Below, one piece after another: positions 62,901 to 64,000 of a stretch of 64,000 bases of DNA. How positions within the stretch are numbered: the stretch's first letter is position 1; each line of letters begins with the position of its first letter. Origin of the DNA: Bryobacterales bacterium (GTDB lineage: Bacteria > Acidobacteriota > Terriglobia > Bryobacterales > UBA6623); contig CBDBKU010000002.1 in the NCBI GenBank assembly GCA_965206775.1, positions 2,115,705-2,179,704 of the forward strand, read 5' to 3'. The notes under the pieces are model-generated. The model made no database searches. It saw nothing but the letters and a program-made list of their open reading frames with translations, and was not told the DNA's origin. The translations under genes and the position numbers were made by a program.

Positions 62901-64000
62901 CTAGTTGCGCTGGTTCCGCAACACTCGGATCCTGCGGCTGCGATTGTCGGCGAGCCAGATGTTGCCGTCGCGGTCCACCGCCATCTGCCTGACGGAAAAC
63001 CCGCCGCTCCGCGCAGGCCGACCGTCGCTTCCATAGCCCGAGTCTCCCGCACCCGCAATCACCGACGCGACACATTCCCCATCGATTCTCAGCACCCGAT
63101 ATTGACCCGCGACAAGCAGGTTCCCGGCCTCGTCCAGCGCGAGCGCCTCAGTGAAGATGCTCCAGGAGTAAAGGTTCTTCACGGCGGAAATCACACCGGA
63201 TGCGTCGATCCGGCGGATCTGTTGGCCGTCGGAGATGTACACGTTACCCTTCCCGTCCGGGACGAGCCCCTTGCAAGGATCGCTGAGGCGGGCCAGAGCG
63301 GCCAGGCCGCCGTCGCCGTCACTTCCCCTCTCGCCCGTGCCAGCGATCGTCGAGATGCGACCTGCGGCATCAATCTTCCTGATGCGGTAGCTGCTCGAGG
63401 AAGCGACATACACATGGCCCACCGGATCCGCCGCAATCTCGCAGACACGGCCGAGCCGGGCTTCGGAGGCCGGCCCCCCGTCGCCGGAAAAACCCTCTTC
63501 CCCGGTTCCGGCCAGGATCGAGATCATGCCCGCCTGGTCAACCGTGCGAATCCTCCAATTCGACACGTCAGCGAAATGGACTCTTCCAACCCCGTCTGCC
63601 GCGACTGCACCCGGGCTTCTCAGCTCTGCCGCAGTCGCCGGCCCGCCGTCCCCGCTGTAGCCCGATATTCCGGATTCGGCGAACGGAGTCATCATCCCCG
63701 GAGCGTCCAGCTTCCAGACGCGGCCTCGGTCGCTGAAGACCACCTCTCCGGGGGCGATCGGAGCAACACCCGCCGGTCCCTCAAGCGGAAGCTCGAGAGC
63801 CATGCCCCCGTCTTCGGTCCATGGCGAGGCCCCTGAGCCCGCGAAGGTGCTAATGATGCCGCCCGAGTCGATTCGGCGGATCGTTCGGAATTCGGCCGCT
63901 TAAACGTTACCCATGCCGTCCACATCGACGGCGCGAGGGAAGCGCACGTACGCCTCGACCGCGGGTCCCCCGTCCCGTCGGCTACAGCAAGGCCCACCCC
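62901..64000 (-). pseudogene. NHL-repeat protein, paralog of 3997-5336, in-frame TAA near 63900; continues beyond window
   Basis: NHL units; codon-level collinearity with the first copy, including ~190 bp downstream. Confidence 0.85.

Overview
A GC-rich accessory region full of mobile elements, with no housekeeping, rRNA, tRNA or CRISPR features. The acidobacterial-type VWA genes, NHL and Calx-beta repeat proteins and secreted metalloproteases suggest an Acidobacteria (Bryobacterales-like) host-associated symbiont such as a sponge symbiont; that assignment is inference. Contents: (i) about 12 toxin-antitoxin or defence-like modules (VapC, HicAB, two DUF6516/TumE-HTH pairs, XRE-ImmA plus PIN, two RelE killer/antidote pairs, ParE-RHH, MazF, HigBA, AAA-ATPase plus DUF3226, and an uncharacterised YHGYP protein plus ImmA-like pair); (ii) one near-complete and two remnant Recombinase-In-Trio (RIT) elements plus many IS remnants; (iii) a ~5 kb segmental duplication bounded by VWA genes, which occur in five copies; (iv) several large, disrupted secreted repeat or protease genes. 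The most informative signal is that the duplication gives a filled and an empty allele of a RIT insertion. Comparing them shows the insertion added a 6-bp direct repeat, a 20-bp palindrome built from the element's end sequence, and a GCGGCA hexamer. The same palindrome-plus-GCGGCA signature, and breakpoints exactly at the Arg-His codons of tyrosine recombinase genes, recur at a second RIT. Other leads are a TGA at a conserved Cys of a DUF5131 gene followed by a SECIS-like hairpin, and a cleanly delimited unclassified IS. All family names come from motif recognition by eye; no database search was run.
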